Below, in pieces: positions 19,145-29,534 of a stretch of DNA of 64,000 bases. The notes under the pieces were generated by a model that did no database searches, was not told the DNA's origin, and worked only from the letters and a program-made list of their open reading frames with translations. Within the stretch, counting starts at the first letter, position 1, and each line of letters begins with the position of its first letter. The stretch is from Parcubacteria bacterium RAAC4_OD1_1 (GTDB lineage Bacteria; Patescibacteriota; Minisyncoccia; Phycocordibacterales; UBA9973): contig AWSN01000001.1 of assembly GCA_000505065.1 (NCBI GenBank), positions 403,647 through 467,646 of the forward strand, in the 5' to 3' direction. A program made the position numbers and the translations under genes.

Positions 19145-19390
19145 TTAATCTTCAATTCTTTTCCCCCATTGCCATCTTGGCTTCTCACCCTTTTTATAAC
19201 AAATATAAATTAGAACTCCTGTAAACAAAAATACTACCCATATATTCTTTAATCCTTCATGGTCTATTCTAGAAACTGTAAATAGAAATAAAACCAACCA
19301 AACAGATAAAACTAACCACCCTTCCCAAGTAACAGGTGTCCACCCCCAGCCATACAATTTCCTTTTAAACCAAATTTTATTTTTATTCAT
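19145..19390 (-). CDS. Small membrane protein
   Basis: WFKRKLYGWGWTPVTWEGW...KGEKPRWQWG. Confidence 0.75.
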   Translation of the reverse strand: MNKNKIWFKRKLYGWGWTPVTWEGWLVLSVWLVLFLFTVSRIDHEGLKNIWVVFLFTGVLIYICYKKGEKPRWQWGKRIED

Positions 19391-19411
19391 ATAGATTTAT
19401 TATACCCAAAG

Positions 19412-19482
19412 CTGGGAGACTAGGACTCGAACCTAGATAGACGGCTCCAGAAGCCGTCGTCCTACCATTAGACGATCTCCCA
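19412..19482 (-). tRNA. tRNA-Gln(CTG)
   Basis: Cloverleaf TGGGAGA...ACGGC-TTCTGGA-GCCGT...GGTTCGAGTCC...TCTCCCAG. Confidence 0.95.
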
Positions 19483-19612
19483 ATAAACTATTTACTTTTT
19501 CATTCCCACCATACGACGAACTGGCAATACATTATTCCACCCCATCATATTACCACAGAATTAAATAAAGACAATTGAAAAAATAACAATATTGAGATAA
19601 AATCTATCTTAT

Positions 19613-20266
19613 ATGAATCAAAATGAAGAACAAAAGGTTTTAGATATGATAGAGAGTGAATTTAAACAAGGTATTGAAAAGGTCCACGAATTCAACCCTT
19701 CGGTTACATTCTATGGATCAGCAAGATTAAAAGAAGATCATCCTTATTATCAAAAAGTTAAAAATTTAGCATTTCGTATTTCAAAAGAATTGAGCTATAC
19801 CGTTATGTCAGGAGGAGGGGCAGGTATTATGGAAGCTTCAAACAGAGGAGCATATGAAGCGGGTGGAAAATCGGTTGGATTAACAATAAGACTTCCAAGA
19901 GAACAACATACAAATAAATATGTCACAGATGAAATACCTTTTAATTTTTTCTTTGCAAGGCAATCTGCAATGTCTTATGAAACAGAAGTTTGTATTTTTT
20001 GTCCAGGAGGATTCGGTACTTTAAATGAACTCTTTGAGATACTTACATTGCAACAAACTGGAAAAATTGGCAAAATTCCTCTTATTCTTTTTGGAAAAGA
20101 TTTCTGGAAACCTTTTGAAAAAGTTATTGAAGAAATACTTTTACAAAAGTATGAGACTATCAGTGAAAATGATTTAAAATTATATAAGATAACAGACAAT
20201 GAGGAAGAAGTTCTTGATATAATAAAAAATAGTAAAATAAGAGACGGAGATGATGCACTTAAATAA
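19613..20266 (+). CDS. LOG-family nucleotide phosphoribohydrolase (TIGR00730-like)
   Basis: GSAR, SGGGAGIMEA, PGGFGTLNELFE. Confidence 0.9.
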   Translation: MNQNEEQKVLDMIESEFKQGIEKVHEFNPSVTFYGSARLKEDHPYYQKVKNLAFRISKELSYTVMSGGGAGIMEASNRGAYEAGGKSVGLTIRLPREQHTNKYVTDEIPFNFFFARQSAMSYETEVCIFCPGGFGTLNELFEILTLQQTGKIGKIPLILFGKDFWKPFEKVIEEILLQKYETISENDLKLYKITDNEEEVLDIIKNSKIRDGDDALK

Positions 20267-20277
20267 TTAAGATTTTA

Positions 20278-20312
20278 AAAATTGCTGGGGGCCAAAGGCC
20301 CCCAGCAATTTT
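20278..20312. terminator. Bidirectional intrinsic terminator
   Basis: aaaattgctgggggcc-aaa-ggcccccagcaatttt between convergent genes. Confidence 0.8.
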
Positions 20313-20315
20313 ATT

Positions 20316-21995
20316 TTATTTATCCAATTTTACACAAGCTTTCACAAAAGCACTAAAAAGTGGGTGAGGTTTTAGTGGTTGTGCTTTAAATTCTGGATGA
20401 AACTGTGAACCAAGAAAAAATGGATGCTTTGAGAATGGAAGCTCAGCAATCTCACACAACACCCCATCTTTAGATTTTGCAGAAAATACCAACCCTGCCT
20501 TTTCTAGCCTATCTACATATAAAGGATTCACTTCATATCTATGACGATGACGTTCACTTATTTCTTCTTTACCATAAGCTTTATAAGCAACAGTCCCTTT
20601 TTTTACAATTGCAGGATAAGCCCCAAGTCTCATACTACCTCCCATTTTTTTATTTTCAATTTTTTCTTTTTGTTCTTCCATTATAGTAATTACAAGATTT
20701 TTAGATTTTGAATTTATTTCCAAAGTATGAGCATCAGAAATTTTAAGAACATTTCTTGCGTATTCAATAATCATAAGTTGCATACCATAACAAAGACCTA
20801 AATATGGAATATTATTCTCTCTTACATATTTAATAGCCATAAGTATACCTTCGATGCCACGTGAACCAAAACCACCAGGAACAATGACTCCATCATAATC
20901 CTTTAAAATTTTTACAGATTTTGGATTTTTTTCAAAGTCAGTAGAAGATATCCAAGTAAGAACTGGTTTTCTACCTTCTTTGTAACAAGAATATTTTATA
21001 GCTTCAATAACAGAAAGATATGAGTCAGACAAAGTAAAATCTCCTGTTGCAAAATATTTACCAACAACAGCAATTTTTAATTCTTTCTTTGCGGTATGAG
21101 CAGATTTAGCAAATTTAGTCCAATCAATAAAAGATGGACTTGGCATAATATCACAAGTCATACCCATTGTCTCACAAATAATGTCACTCAACCCTTCTTT
21201 TTCAAAATTCAAGGGTATATCATAAATACTATCTACATCTGGAGCAGAAATAACTCGATCTTGTGAAATATTACAAAACATTGAAAGTTTTTCTTTTCTT
21301 TTATCATCAAGTGGAAGATTACTTCTAGCAATGATAATATCTGGCTGTATACCAGAAGCATTAAGTGTACGAACCGCATGTTGAGTCGGCTTGGTTTTCA
21401 TTTCCCCCACTTTAGAAGGAATAGGTAAATAAGAAACCATCACAAAAAAAACACTTTTAGGATTTTTAATTTTCATCATACGAGCAGCCTCAAGAAAAAG
21501 AATATTTTCATATTCACCGACAGTTCCGCCTATTTCAATGATTACAACATCTGCTTTAGCATTATCTCTTGCTTTCTCTATCCTTCTAATCACTTCAAGT
21601 GGTATGTGTGGAACCACTTGCACACAAGCTCCACCATAAGATAAATTTCTTTCTCTCTCAATAACACTTTGATAAACTCTCCCAGTAGTCATATAATTTA
21701 TATGAGAAAGATCCGTGCCTATAAACCTCTCATAGTTTCCCATATCTTGGTCTGTCTCATCTCCATCATCAAGAACAAAAACTTCTCCGTGTTCTGTTGG
21801 ATTCATTGTCCCTGCATCTATGTTTATATATGGGTCTATCTTCATAGAAGTGACTCTTTTTCCTCTATCAGATAAAATCTTTCCAATAGAAGAAGCAGCG
21901 ACACCCTTCCCGACACCTGAGATAACTCCACCGACAACAAAAATATATTTACAATCACAAATATCCTTTATATTATTTTTTTTGTCTTTAACCAT
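20316..21995 (-). CDS. pyrG: CTP synthase
   Basis: GGVISGVGKG, KIDPY, GLCYGMQ, ERHRHRYE, QFHPEF. Confidence 0.97.
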   Translation of the reverse strand: MVKDKKNNIKDICDCKYIFVVGGVISGVGKGVAASSIGKILSDRGKRVTSMKIDPYINIDAGTMNPTEHGEVFVLDDGDETDQDMGNYERFIGTDLSHINYMTTGRVYQSVIERERNLSYGGACVQVVPHIPLEVIRRIEKARDNAKADVVIIEIGGTVGEYENILFLEAARMMKIKNPKSVFFVMVSYLPIPSKVGEMKTKPTQHAVRTLNASGIQPDIIIARSNLPLDDKRKEKLSMFCNISQDRVISAPDVDSIYDIPLNFEKEGLSDIICETMGMTCDIMPSPSFIDWTKFAKSAHTAKKELKIAVVGKYFATGDFTLSDSYLSVIEAIKYSCYKEGRKPVLTWISSTDFEKNPKSVKILKDYDGVIVPGGFGSRGIEGILMAIKYVRENNIPYLGLCYGMQLMIIEYARNVLKISDAHTLEINSKSKNLVITIMEEQKEKIENKKMGGSMRLGAYPAIVKKGTVAYKAYGKEEISERHRHRYEVNPLYVDRLEKAGLVFSAKSKDGVLCEIAELPFSKHPFFLGSQFHPEFKAQPLKPHPLFSAFVKACVKLDK

Positions 21996-21997
21996 AT

Positions 21998-22921
21998 TTA
22001 TTTTCTTAGATATCTAGCAATAGCAAATATACTAGAAATACCACCTATAATAACACCAGAAATAATCATTATTAAAAATAATTGTATAAAGTTTGATTTA
22101 AAATATTCAAACATATTCACACCTACAAAGTCTGTCATAGTATCTCCAAGCCAAATAGATACGGGAATAAAAATAATAGTAGTCACAAAAGCAGAAATAA
22201 TTCCTACTAATACACCAGAAACAATAAACGGACCCCTGATATATCTACTTCCTGCCCCCACAAGCTTCATTACACTTATTTCTTCTTTAGACATATAAAT
22301 GATAAGTCTAATTGTATTAAAAGTGATAATAATAGAAATTAATATTAAGATAAAAGAAATTAATATTCCTAATCTTTCTGCTTTAGAAATAATAGATGAA
22401 AGACGATCTATTATAAGTTTGTTGTCATGATAGTCTATTTTATCTATTATATTTAAACTACTATTAGAAAGCACCCCATTATCCTCAAAATAATTTGAAA
22501 TACTCTCATACTGAGATGGATCTTTAGCTTTTACATTAAGTGATGCACCTAATGGATTTTCCCCAAGCTCTTCCAAGGCTTGAAGTGTGAGAAAATCATT
22601 GGCATGTTTTTCTTTAAATTCATTTAATGCTTCTTCTTGAGAAGTGTAAGATACGTCTTTAACCTCTGGTAAACCTTTTAAAGCAAATTCAATTTCTTTT
22701 ATATCATCTTCGCTCACATTAGGGATAAAATAAACTGTAATATCTACTTTTTCTTTAATATCACTAAGTGCTGAATTTAAAGCAGCTTGGACAAAAATCT
22801 GAGAAGTGATAACAAAAAGAGTTATGGTCATAACCAAAACTCCAGCAAGTGATGTAAAACCACTCCTTACAAAACTTCTAAAACCAGAAACTATAACTCT
22901 TTTTAGATTAGTTGTGAACAT
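21998..22921 (-). CDS. ftsX: Cell division permease FtsX
   Basis: NTIRL.I...KEEI.VMKLVGA...IRGPF; downstream of ftsE. Confidence 0.92.
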   Translation of the reverse strand: MFTTNLKRVIVSGFRSFVRSGFTSLAGVLVMTITLFVITSQIFVQAALNSALSDIKEKVDITVYFIPNVSEDDIKEIEFALKGLPEVKDVSYTSQEEALNEFKEKHANDFLTLQALEELGENPLGASLNVKAKDPSQYESISNYFEDNGVLSNSSLNIIDKIDYHDNKLIIDRLSSIISKAERLGILISFILILISIIITFNTIRLIIYMSKEEISVMKLVGAGSRYIRGPFIVSGVLVGIISAFVTTIIFIPVSIWLGDTMTDFVGVNMFEYFKSNFIQLFLIMIISGVIIGGISSIFAIARYLRK

Positions 22922-22932
22922 AAAGTAATTAT

Positions 22933-22971
22933 ACCCTGTAGTGAAGTTTTTTCAAAACTCTACTACGGGGT
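22933..22971. repeat. ACCCTGTAGTG...CTACGGGGT inverted-repeat element, copy 1
   Basis: 18 bp imperfect arms; abuts the TATAAT of ftsX; related copies at 31384 and 60350. Confidence 0.75.
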
Positions 22972-23648
22972 TATATCATATATTTACCATCCTTATCATC
23001 TCTTGTAATTCTACCATTTTCAAGAGTAATAACTCTTTTCCTTACTTGATCTATCACACTTCTGTTGTGTGTTGTAAGTATAACTGTCGTTCCTAAATCA
23101 TTAATCTTTTTTAATATATTTACAATTTCATTCGTGTTCACTGGATCTAAATTACCAGTAGGTTCATCAGCGATTATTACATCTGGTTGATTTATAATAG
23201 CTCGAGCTATAGCAAGACGTTGCTTTTCTCCACCTGAAAGTTGATGAGGAAAATGAAGCGATCTATCTGTAAGACCTACAAGTTCTAAAACATTGGTGAC
23301 ATCTTCTCTTATTTCTTTATCTGTCCTTCCGATAGCTTCCATCGCAAAAGCAATATTTTCATAAGCAGTTTTGTTTGGTAATAATCTAAAATCTTGAAAT
23401 ACCATTCCCATTTTACGACGCAAATTGGTAAGATCTTTTTTCCCTAATTTATGAATATTTACTGACTCAAAAAATACTTCCCCATCGGTGGGGCTTTCTT
23501 CTGCTAATATAAGTTTTGTGAGTGTAGTTTTACCTGCACCAGAATGCCCAACAATAGATACAAACTCCCCTGGTGTGATCGTAAAAGAAATATCTTCAAG
23601 AGAAGTATTGTTATTGTATTTTTTTGTGACTTTATTAAAATAAATCAT
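22971..23648 (-). CDS. ftsE: Cell division ATPase FtsE
   Basis: GHSGAGKTT, VFQDFRLL, LSGGEKQR, ADEPTGNLD. Confidence 0.95.
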   Translation of the reverse strand: MIYFNKVTKKYNNNTSLEDISFTITPGEFVSIVGHSGAGKTTLTKLILAEESPTDGEVFFESVNIHKLGKKDLTNLRRKMGMVFQDFRLLPNKTAYENIAFAMEAIGRTDKEIREDVTNVLELVGLTDRSLHFPHQLSGGEKQRLAIARAIINQPDVIIADEPTGNLDPVNTNEIVNILKKINDLGTTVILTTHNRSVIDQVRKRVITLENGRITRDDKDGKYMI

Positions 23649-23662
23649 CTACTTTTATAATT

Positions 23663-24553
23663 TTAGCACATTGTTTTCTCTGCAACAATAAATTCATCTA
23701 TTTCGCCATTTTCAAGAACCGAGTCAACATCATGAATCTCTACTCCAGTCCTATGATCTTTAATAAGTTTATAGGGGTGCAAGACATATGATCTGATCTG
23801 ACTTCCCCATTCTATTTCTGTAGTCTTTGAAATCGAAAGTCCAGCACGTTCTTTTTCTTTATCCTCTTCTTCTTTTTTAAAAATTTTACCCCTTAACATT
23901 TCTAATGCCTTTTCTTTGTTTTGCTCTTGAGAACGCTCTGATGTGACATGGACTGATAAATTTGTAGGAATATGTACCACTCGGACAGCAGTCTCTCTTT
24001 TGTTTACATTTTGCCCTCCTGGACCACCTGATTTAGAAAATTCAATCTTTAAATCTTTATGATCAATAGAAACATCATCTATCCCTTCTAATTTTGGTAA
24101 TATTTCTACCAAAGAAAACGAAGTATGACGCTTTGCATTAGCATTAAATGGTGAAATGCGAACCAAGCGATGAACTCCATTTTCATATTTTAAAGTTCCA
24201 TAAACATTTTTTCCATTTATTTCAATACTTATATTTCTGTATCCACCATTATCATTTTTATTTTCATGAATTAAAAAAGCATTCCAATTCATCTTTTCTA
24301 TATATTTCATATACATATGAAAAAGCATTGCTGAAAAATCTTCAGCATCATCCCCCCCAGCTCCTGAAAGTATAGAGAGTATCGCTCCGCCATGATCATA
24401 CTTTTCACCACCCAAAAGATCATTTTTCAATTTCTGTATTTCTTTGATTGTATTTTGGGCAACAATTTTATCATCCCAAAAATTTGGGTTTTCCATAAAT
24501 TTTTCAAGATTTTCTATTTTTTGTTTAATTTCTTCTTTATTTATTGTTTGCAT
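23663..24553 (-). CDS. prfB: Peptide chain release factor 2 (shortened domain 1)
   Basis: SPF recognition motif, GGQ, WGSQIRSYV; 296 aa. Confidence 0.9.
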   Translation of the reverse strand: MQTINKEEIKQKIENLEKFMENPNFWDDKIVAQNTIKEIQKLKNDLLGGEKYDHGGAILSILSGAGGDDAEDFSAMLFHMYMKYIEKMNWNAFLIHENKNDNGGYRNISIEINGKNVYGTLKYENGVHRLVRISPFNANAKRHTSFSLVEILPKLEGIDDVSIDHKDLKIEFSKSGGPGGQNVNKRETAVRVVHIPTNLSVHVTSERSQEQNKEKALEMLRGKIFKKEEEDKEKERAGLSISKTTEIEWGSQIRSYVLHPYKLIKDHRTGVEIHDVDSVLENGEIDEFIVAEKTMC

Positions 24554-24624
24554 AATTTTATTTATCCACTCTCTTTAAAATATCACAATTTAACAAAAAT
24601 AAAAAATCCCTGTATAATAAGAAA

Positions 24625-25626
24625 ATGATTATAAAGAGTAATCTAGATGAACTAATAGGACACACACCCATATTAGAAATAAAAACGGCTAGAAAAGATT
24701 GGAAACTATATTTAAAACTCGAATATTTTAATCCAGCTGGAAGCTTTAAAGACAGAACCGCCAAATCACTTATGGACGCGGCAGAAAAATCTGGAAAATT
24801 AAAAAAAGGGATGGAGATTTTCGAATCCTCATCAGGAAACACCGCTAAAGCGTTAGCGATGCTTTCAGCTGTAAGGGGTTATAAATTTACAGCAATAGTA
24901 GACAAGCATGCTCCAATAGATAAATTAAGATCAATAACTGCTTATGGCGGGAAACTTTATTATTGTACTGATGAACAAGATCCAAAAGGTGGGCATCTTG
25001 TTGATGTCCGTAGAAAAACAGCCAAAAGGCTCGCGGAAGAAAGAAATGGGATAAATTTAGATCAATATGACAATCCAGAAAATCCAAATGGTTACTACCA
25101 TACTTTAGGCAAAGAAATACTAGAACAAATACCAGATGTGGATTATCTTGTAGGAACGATTGGTACAGGAAGCTCACTTTCTGGTTCTGGTAAATATGTA
25201 AAAGAACATAGTAAAACAAAAATAATAGCACTTGAACCAAAAGGCTCGAGTCATTTCTCCCCACATGGACACGGGTATTTTATATCAGGGCCTGGTTATC
25301 CTGCTGGAGCAATACCTCCTAAAAATATGAATGCCTCTATTTTTGATAAACATGATTATGTTGCTGATAAAGAAGCATTCAATACGATGCGATTCTTTGC
25401 AGAGAATAAGGGCCTTTTAGTTGGAGACTCAAGTGGAATGACTCTATACTATGCTATGAGATTTATAAAAAATGAACCAGAAACAGATGAAGTAAAAAAG
25501 ATGATTCTCATTATCGGGGATAGTGGAGAAAGTTATCTTACTCACGCTTTTGATGACAATTGGATGAATGAAAAAGGATTTATAGATGAAAATATAACTA
25601 ATGAACTTAGAGAGTTTTATATTTAA
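24625..25626 (+). CDS. PLP-dependent cysteine synthase/cystathionine beta-synthase family protein
   Basis: KLEYFNPAGSFKDR, SSSGNT, GTIGTGSS, GDSSG. Confidence 0.88.
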   Translation: MIIKSNLDELIGHTPILEIKTARKDWKLYLKLEYFNPAGSFKDRTAKSLMDAAEKSGKLKKGMEIFESSSGNTAKALAMLSAVRGYKFTAIVDKHAPIDKLRSITAYGGKLYYCTDEQDPKGGHLVDVRRKTAKRLAEERNGINLDQYDNPENPNGYYHTLGKEILEQIPDVDYLVGTIGTGSSLSGSGKYVKEHSKTKIIALEPKGSSHFSPHGHGYFISGPGYPAGAIPPKNMNASIFDKHDYVADKEAFNTMRFFAENKGLLVGDSSGMTLYYAMRFIKNEPETDEVKKMILIIGDSGESYLTHAFDDNWMNEKGFIDENITNELREFYI

Positions 25627-25659
25627 TTTTTATTTTTTAAAAAATAAAAAGATATTTTG

Positions 25660-25730
25660 AGCCACCAATTGGATTTGAACCAATATTTACGGTTTACGAT
25701 ACCATCGTTCTACCATTGAACTATGGTGGC
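25660..25730 (-). tRNA. tRNA-Thr(CGT)
   Basis: GCCACCA...ATGGT-ATCGTAA-ACCGT...GGTTCAAATCC...TGGTGGC. Confidence 0.88.
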
Positions 25731-25748
25731 TTATTTTAGTGTCTTTTG

Positions 25749-25820
25749 AGCCGTCAGTGAGAATCGGACTCACGCTCTCTCCCTTACCAAGGGAGTGCTT
25801 TGCCACTAAGCTATGACGGC
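25749..25820 (-). tRNA. tRNA-Thr(GGT)
   Basis: GCCGTCA...CTCCC-TTGGTAA-GGGAG...GTGAG-TCCGATT-CTCAC TGACGGC. Confidence 0.92.
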
Positions 25821-25892
25821 ATTACCCGACCAGATATGGTTTAGGGCTAAAACTAAAACATTTTAAGAATACTATAATTTTTTATTTTTTCC

Positions 25893-25935
25893 AAATCAAA
25901 ATCTGCACAAGTCCGACTTGTGCAGATTTTGATTT
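25893..25935. repeat. Perfect 20 bp-stem REP-like palindrome
   Basis: aaatcaaaatcTGCACAAGT-ccg-ACTTGTGCAgattttgattt; core resembles the RAYT-flanking TGCGCAAGAA-ccg-TTCTTGCGCA. Confidence 0.75.
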
Positions 25936-25936
25936 A

Positions 25937-25965
25937 TTGACATATACCCCCTGGGGGTATATACT
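25937..25965 (+). promoter_or_regulatory. csoR-copA promoter with overlapping CsoR operator
   Basis: TTGACA-N17-TATACT enclosing the palindrome ATATACCCCC-T-GGGGGTATAT (CsoR-type C/G tracts). Confidence 0.88.
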
Positions 25966-25971
25966 AAGATT

Positions 25972-26235
25972 ATGCATAAAGATAAACAAAAATTAATAAG
26001 GCGTTTAAAAATTATTGAGGGTCAAGTGAGGGGTTTACAAGAAATGGTTCAAAAGGACATATATTGTATAGATATCATTACGCAAACTTCAGCAATCAAA
26101 CAAGCTCTCTCTGGAGTAGAGGATGCTCTGATGGAAGGACATCTCGGGACATGTCTGGTCCATCAAATACAAAAAGGTCAATCCACAAAAGCTACAGGAG
26201 AAATATTGAAAGTTTATAGATTGAAAAGAAAATAA
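25972..26235 (+). CDS. csoR: Copper-sensing repressor
   Basis: [19 protein letters not shown]...C. Confidence 0.92.
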   Translation: MHKDKQKLIRRLKIIEGQVRGLQEMVQKDIYCIDIITQTSAIKQALSGVEDALMEGHLGTCLVHQIQKGQSTKATGEILKVYRLKRK

Positions 26236-26260
26236 TTATTTTTATCTAAAACATTTAATT

Positions 26261-28501
26261 ATGAAAAATAAAATTTTTAAAATTGAAGGGATGCACTGTG
26301 CTAGTTGTGCAACTATCATATCAAAAGAAGTATCGAAACTTCCTGGTATAAATAAAGTAAACGTTAACTTTGCAAATGAAAAAGCAAAGATTGATTTTGA
26401 TGAAAATAAAACGAACTTAGAAATTATGAATTCAAGTATAGAAAAGCTTGGTTATCATATTGTAGACCAAGAAGGATCCACTCCATATAACCAAATGAAG
26501 ACAAAAAGTGATATAGAAGAGATAAATAATAAATCAAAGACTAAATTTATAATGCCAATCTCTATTATAGTATTCTTTATTATGATGTGGGATATATTGG
26601 CAAAAACTTCAAGCCTAGTACCAAACATTCCAATACCAATGGAACTACTAAATACAATAATGATGATAATTTCAACTATTGTCCTATTTTATATAGGTAA
26701 GCCATTCTTAAAAGGAGTAACTAGATTCATAAGGTACGGTAAAGCTAATATGGATACATTGATAGGAATAGGGACACTAACTGCTTATATTTATAGCTCT
26801 ATCATCACCCTCTTCCCCCAGGTAAATATGGCTATGAATTTACCAGATTATACTTATTTTGATGTTGTAATTGTAGTAATCGGATTTATAACATTTGGTA
26901 AATATCTTGAATCTCGTTCAAAAAAGAAAACGGGTGAAGCTATCGAAAAACTTATCAAGCTTGGTGCTAAAACAGCAATAGTAAAAAGAGACGGGAAGGA
27001 AATAGAAATAGAGGTAAGTGAGGTAAAGGTAGGAGATATGATAATAGTCAAACCTGGAATGAAAATACCAGTCGATGGAAAAATAACAGAAGGCACAACT
27101 TCTATAGATGAAAGTATGATTACAGGAGAGTCAATGCCCGTAGATAAAAAAGTGGGAGATATAGTAACAGGAGCAACAATAAACAAACAAGGTAGTATTG
27201 TATTTGAAGCTACAAAAGTAGGAGAAGAAACAGTACTCTCTTCCATAATAAAAATGGTTGAAAACGCTCAAGGATCAAAAGCTCCAATAGAAGCTTTAGC
27301 TGATAGGGTATCAAATATTTTTGTACCAACAGTGCTTATTGTTGCATTTATCACTCTTATATTGTGGATGATTATAGGAATACCTATTCTTGGTAAATCC
27401 ATAGCAATATCTTATGGACTCTTGTCATTTGTGGGGATTTTAGTTATCGCCTGCCCTTGTGCATTAGGGCTCGCTACTCCTACAGCTATTATAGTTGGCG
27501 TGGGTAAAGGAGCAGAACATGGAATCCTTATTAAAGACGCAGAGAGTTTAGAAAAATTGAGTAAAGTAGATACAATTGTTTTAGATAAAACAGGAACTAT
27601 TACAAAAGGTAAACCAGAAGTTACAAATATAGTATCTTTGGACTCTATTTATAAAGAAACAGATATTATAAAAATTACCGCTAGCTTAGAAGCTCTATCA
27701 GAACACCCACTAGGATTAGCAATCAAAAATTATGCATTATCACAAAATATTATATTGAATAAAGTAGATGATTTCGCTGCATTAGAAGGTATAGGTGTAA
27801 AAGGAAAGATAAAGGATTTAAATGTATTTATTCATAAACCAGAAGATAAAGATATAAATGAAGAATTAAGAGAATTACAAAATGAGGGAAAAACAGTGAT
27901 AATAATAGAAGTGGAAAATAAAAAAATTGGATTGATGGCTCTTTCAGATACGATAAAAGATAATGCCAAAGAAACTATAAATAAGCTTCATAAAAAAGGG
28001 ATTAAAGTTATAATGCTTACCGGAGATAATCACCTAGCGGCAAAGTATATAGCCGACCAAGTAAACATAGATAATGTTTATTCCGAAGTTCTACCAAAAG
28101 ATAAAATAGATAAAATAATATCTCTACAAAAAGAAGGTAGAATAGTAGCTATGGCTGGAGATGGTATAAATGATGCGCCGGCTTTAACAGAAGCTGATGT
28201 CGGTATTGCAATGGCTACAGGATCTGATATCGCAATAGAATCAGCGGGTATCACACTCTTAAATGGAGATATACATAAACTATCAGAAGCAATCATATTA
28301 TCAAAGAAAACTTTTGCAACAGTAAAACAAAATCTTTTCTGGGCATTTATTTACAATGTCATCGGTATACCTATAGCAGCAGGAATACTCTTCCCTATTT
28401 GGGGAATAATATTAAACCCTATTTTTGCAGGGCTTGCTATGGCACTCTCAAGTGTTTCTGTTGTCGGAAATTCTTTAAGATTAAAAGTTAAAAAAATATA
28501 A
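26261..28501 (+). CDS. copA: Cu(I)-translocating P1B ATPase
   Basis: [39 protein letters not shown]. Confidence 0.95.
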   Translation: MKNKIFKIEGMHCASCATIISKEVSKLPGINKVNVNFANEKAKIDFDENKTNLEIMNSSIEKLGYHIVDQEGSTPYNQMKTKSDIEEINNKSKTKFIMPISIIVFFIMMWDILAKTSSLVPNIPIPMELLNTIMMIISTIVLFYIGKPFLKGVTRFIRYGKANMDTLIGIGTLTAYIYSSIITLFPQVNMAMNLPDYTYFDVVIVVIGFITFGKYLESRSKKKTGEAIEKLIKLGAKTAIVKRDGKEIEIEVSEVKVGDMIIVKPGMKIPVDGKITEGTTSIDESMITGESMPVDKKVGDIVTGATINKQGSIVFEATKVGEETVLSSIIKMVENAQGSKAPIEALADRVSNIFVPTVLIVAFITLILWMIIGIPILGKSIAISYGLLSFVGILVIACPCALGLATPTAIIVGVGKGAEHGILIKDAESLEKLSKVDTIVLDKTGTITKGKPEVTNIVSLDSIYKETDIIKITASLEALSEHPLGLAIKNYALSQNIILNKVDDFAALEGIGVKGKIKDLNVFIHKPEDKDINEELRELQNEGKTVIIIEVENKKIGLMALSDTIKDNAKETINKLHKKGIKVIMLTGDNHLAAKYIADQVNIDNVYSEVLPKDKIDKIISLQKEGRIVAMAGDGINDAPALTEADVGIAMATGSDIAIESAGITLLNGDIHKLSEAIILSKKTFATVKQNLFWAFIYNVIGIPIAAGILFPIWGIILNPIFAGLAMALSSVSVVGNSLRLKVKKI

Positions 28502-28503
28502 TT

Positions 28504-29529
28504 ATGGAAAATAAAAAATATAAATTCTATGTCCATGGTATGCATTGCAATTCTTGTGTAATAGTTACAGAGAGTAAAATAAAAGAATCACCAAATGTCA
28601 CATATGCAAAATCGAGTCTAAAAGATCACAGTATAGAAATAGAAGGAAACTTTGGAGATAATGAAAAAGAGAAAATAAGAGAAGAATTATCAGCCCTTGT
28701 TAAAAATAATGGTTATACTCTCTCTACAGAAAAAGAAGTATTAAATAAAAAGTGGGATGATTTCAAAATCGCTATTCCTGTAGCTCTTATATTTATTACT
28801 CTTTTTGTTTTACTCCAGAAAATAGGAATTGTGAATTTAATAAATATTTCAGAAATGTCTTATGGTGCATCTTTTGTAATAGGTATCATTGCTTCTCTTT
28901 CAACCTGTATGGCTGTAGTGGGTGGACTTGTATTGTCTATGTCTGCAACTTTTGCAAAAGAGGGGGATAAAACAAAACCACAAATCCTTTTCCATATAGG
29001 CAGGTTAGTATCATTCTTTATTTTAGGTGGAATAATAGGTGCTCTTGGAAGTGTATTTACTTTAAATACTATTACTACATTCATTCTAGGAATAATTATA
29101 GGTATTGTGATGATTGTAATGGGAACAAATCTTTTGGATGTTTTTGATAAAACAAAAAGAGCACAAGTAAGTATGCCTAAATTTATATCAAAAAGAGCTT
29201 TTGCTGTTTCAAAGCTAAATCATTCTCTAACCCCCCTACTAGTAGGCGTCGCGACATTCTTCCTTCCATGCGGATTCACTCAATCAATGCAAATATATAC
29301 TCTTTCAACAGGAAGTTTTATAAATGGAGCATTAACAATGTTCATATTTGCACTAGGAACATTACCAGTACTCGCAATGGTAAGCTTTAGCTCGTTTAGT
29401 ATTAAAAATAGTAAGTATTCTGGAGTCTTCTTTAAAACAGCTGGGATAATAGTTATAATGTTTGCATTAATAAATATTCTAAACAGCTTGGTCGTAATAG
29501 GATTAATAAAACCATTTTTAAATTTTTAG
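28504..29529 (+). CDS. HMA plus DsbD_2/sulfite-exporter-like membrane protein
   Basis: GMHCNSC, STCMAVVGG, LPCGFTQ, FALGTLP. Confidence 0.85.
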   Translation: MENKKYKFYVHGMHCNSCVIVTESKIKESPNVTYAKSSLKDHSIEIEGNFGDNEKEKIREELSALVKNNGYTLSTEKEVLNKKWDDFKIAIPVALIFITLFVLLQKIGIVNLINISEMSYGASFVIGIIASLSTCMAVVGGLVLSMSATFAKEGDKTKPQILFHIGRLVSFFILGGIIGALGSVFTLNTITTFILGIIIGIVMIVMGTNLLDVFDKTKRAQVSMPKFISKRAFAVSKLNHSLTPLLVGVATFFLPCGFTQSMQIYTLSTGSFINGALTMFIFALGTLPVLAMVSFSSFSIKNSKYSGVFFKTAGIIVIMFALINILNSLVVIGLIKPFLNF

Positions 29530-29534
29530 AAAAT

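Noticed and set aside
24554-24624. Programmed +1 frameshift in prfB
   Set aside because: No CTTTGA site or upstream coding frame is visible.
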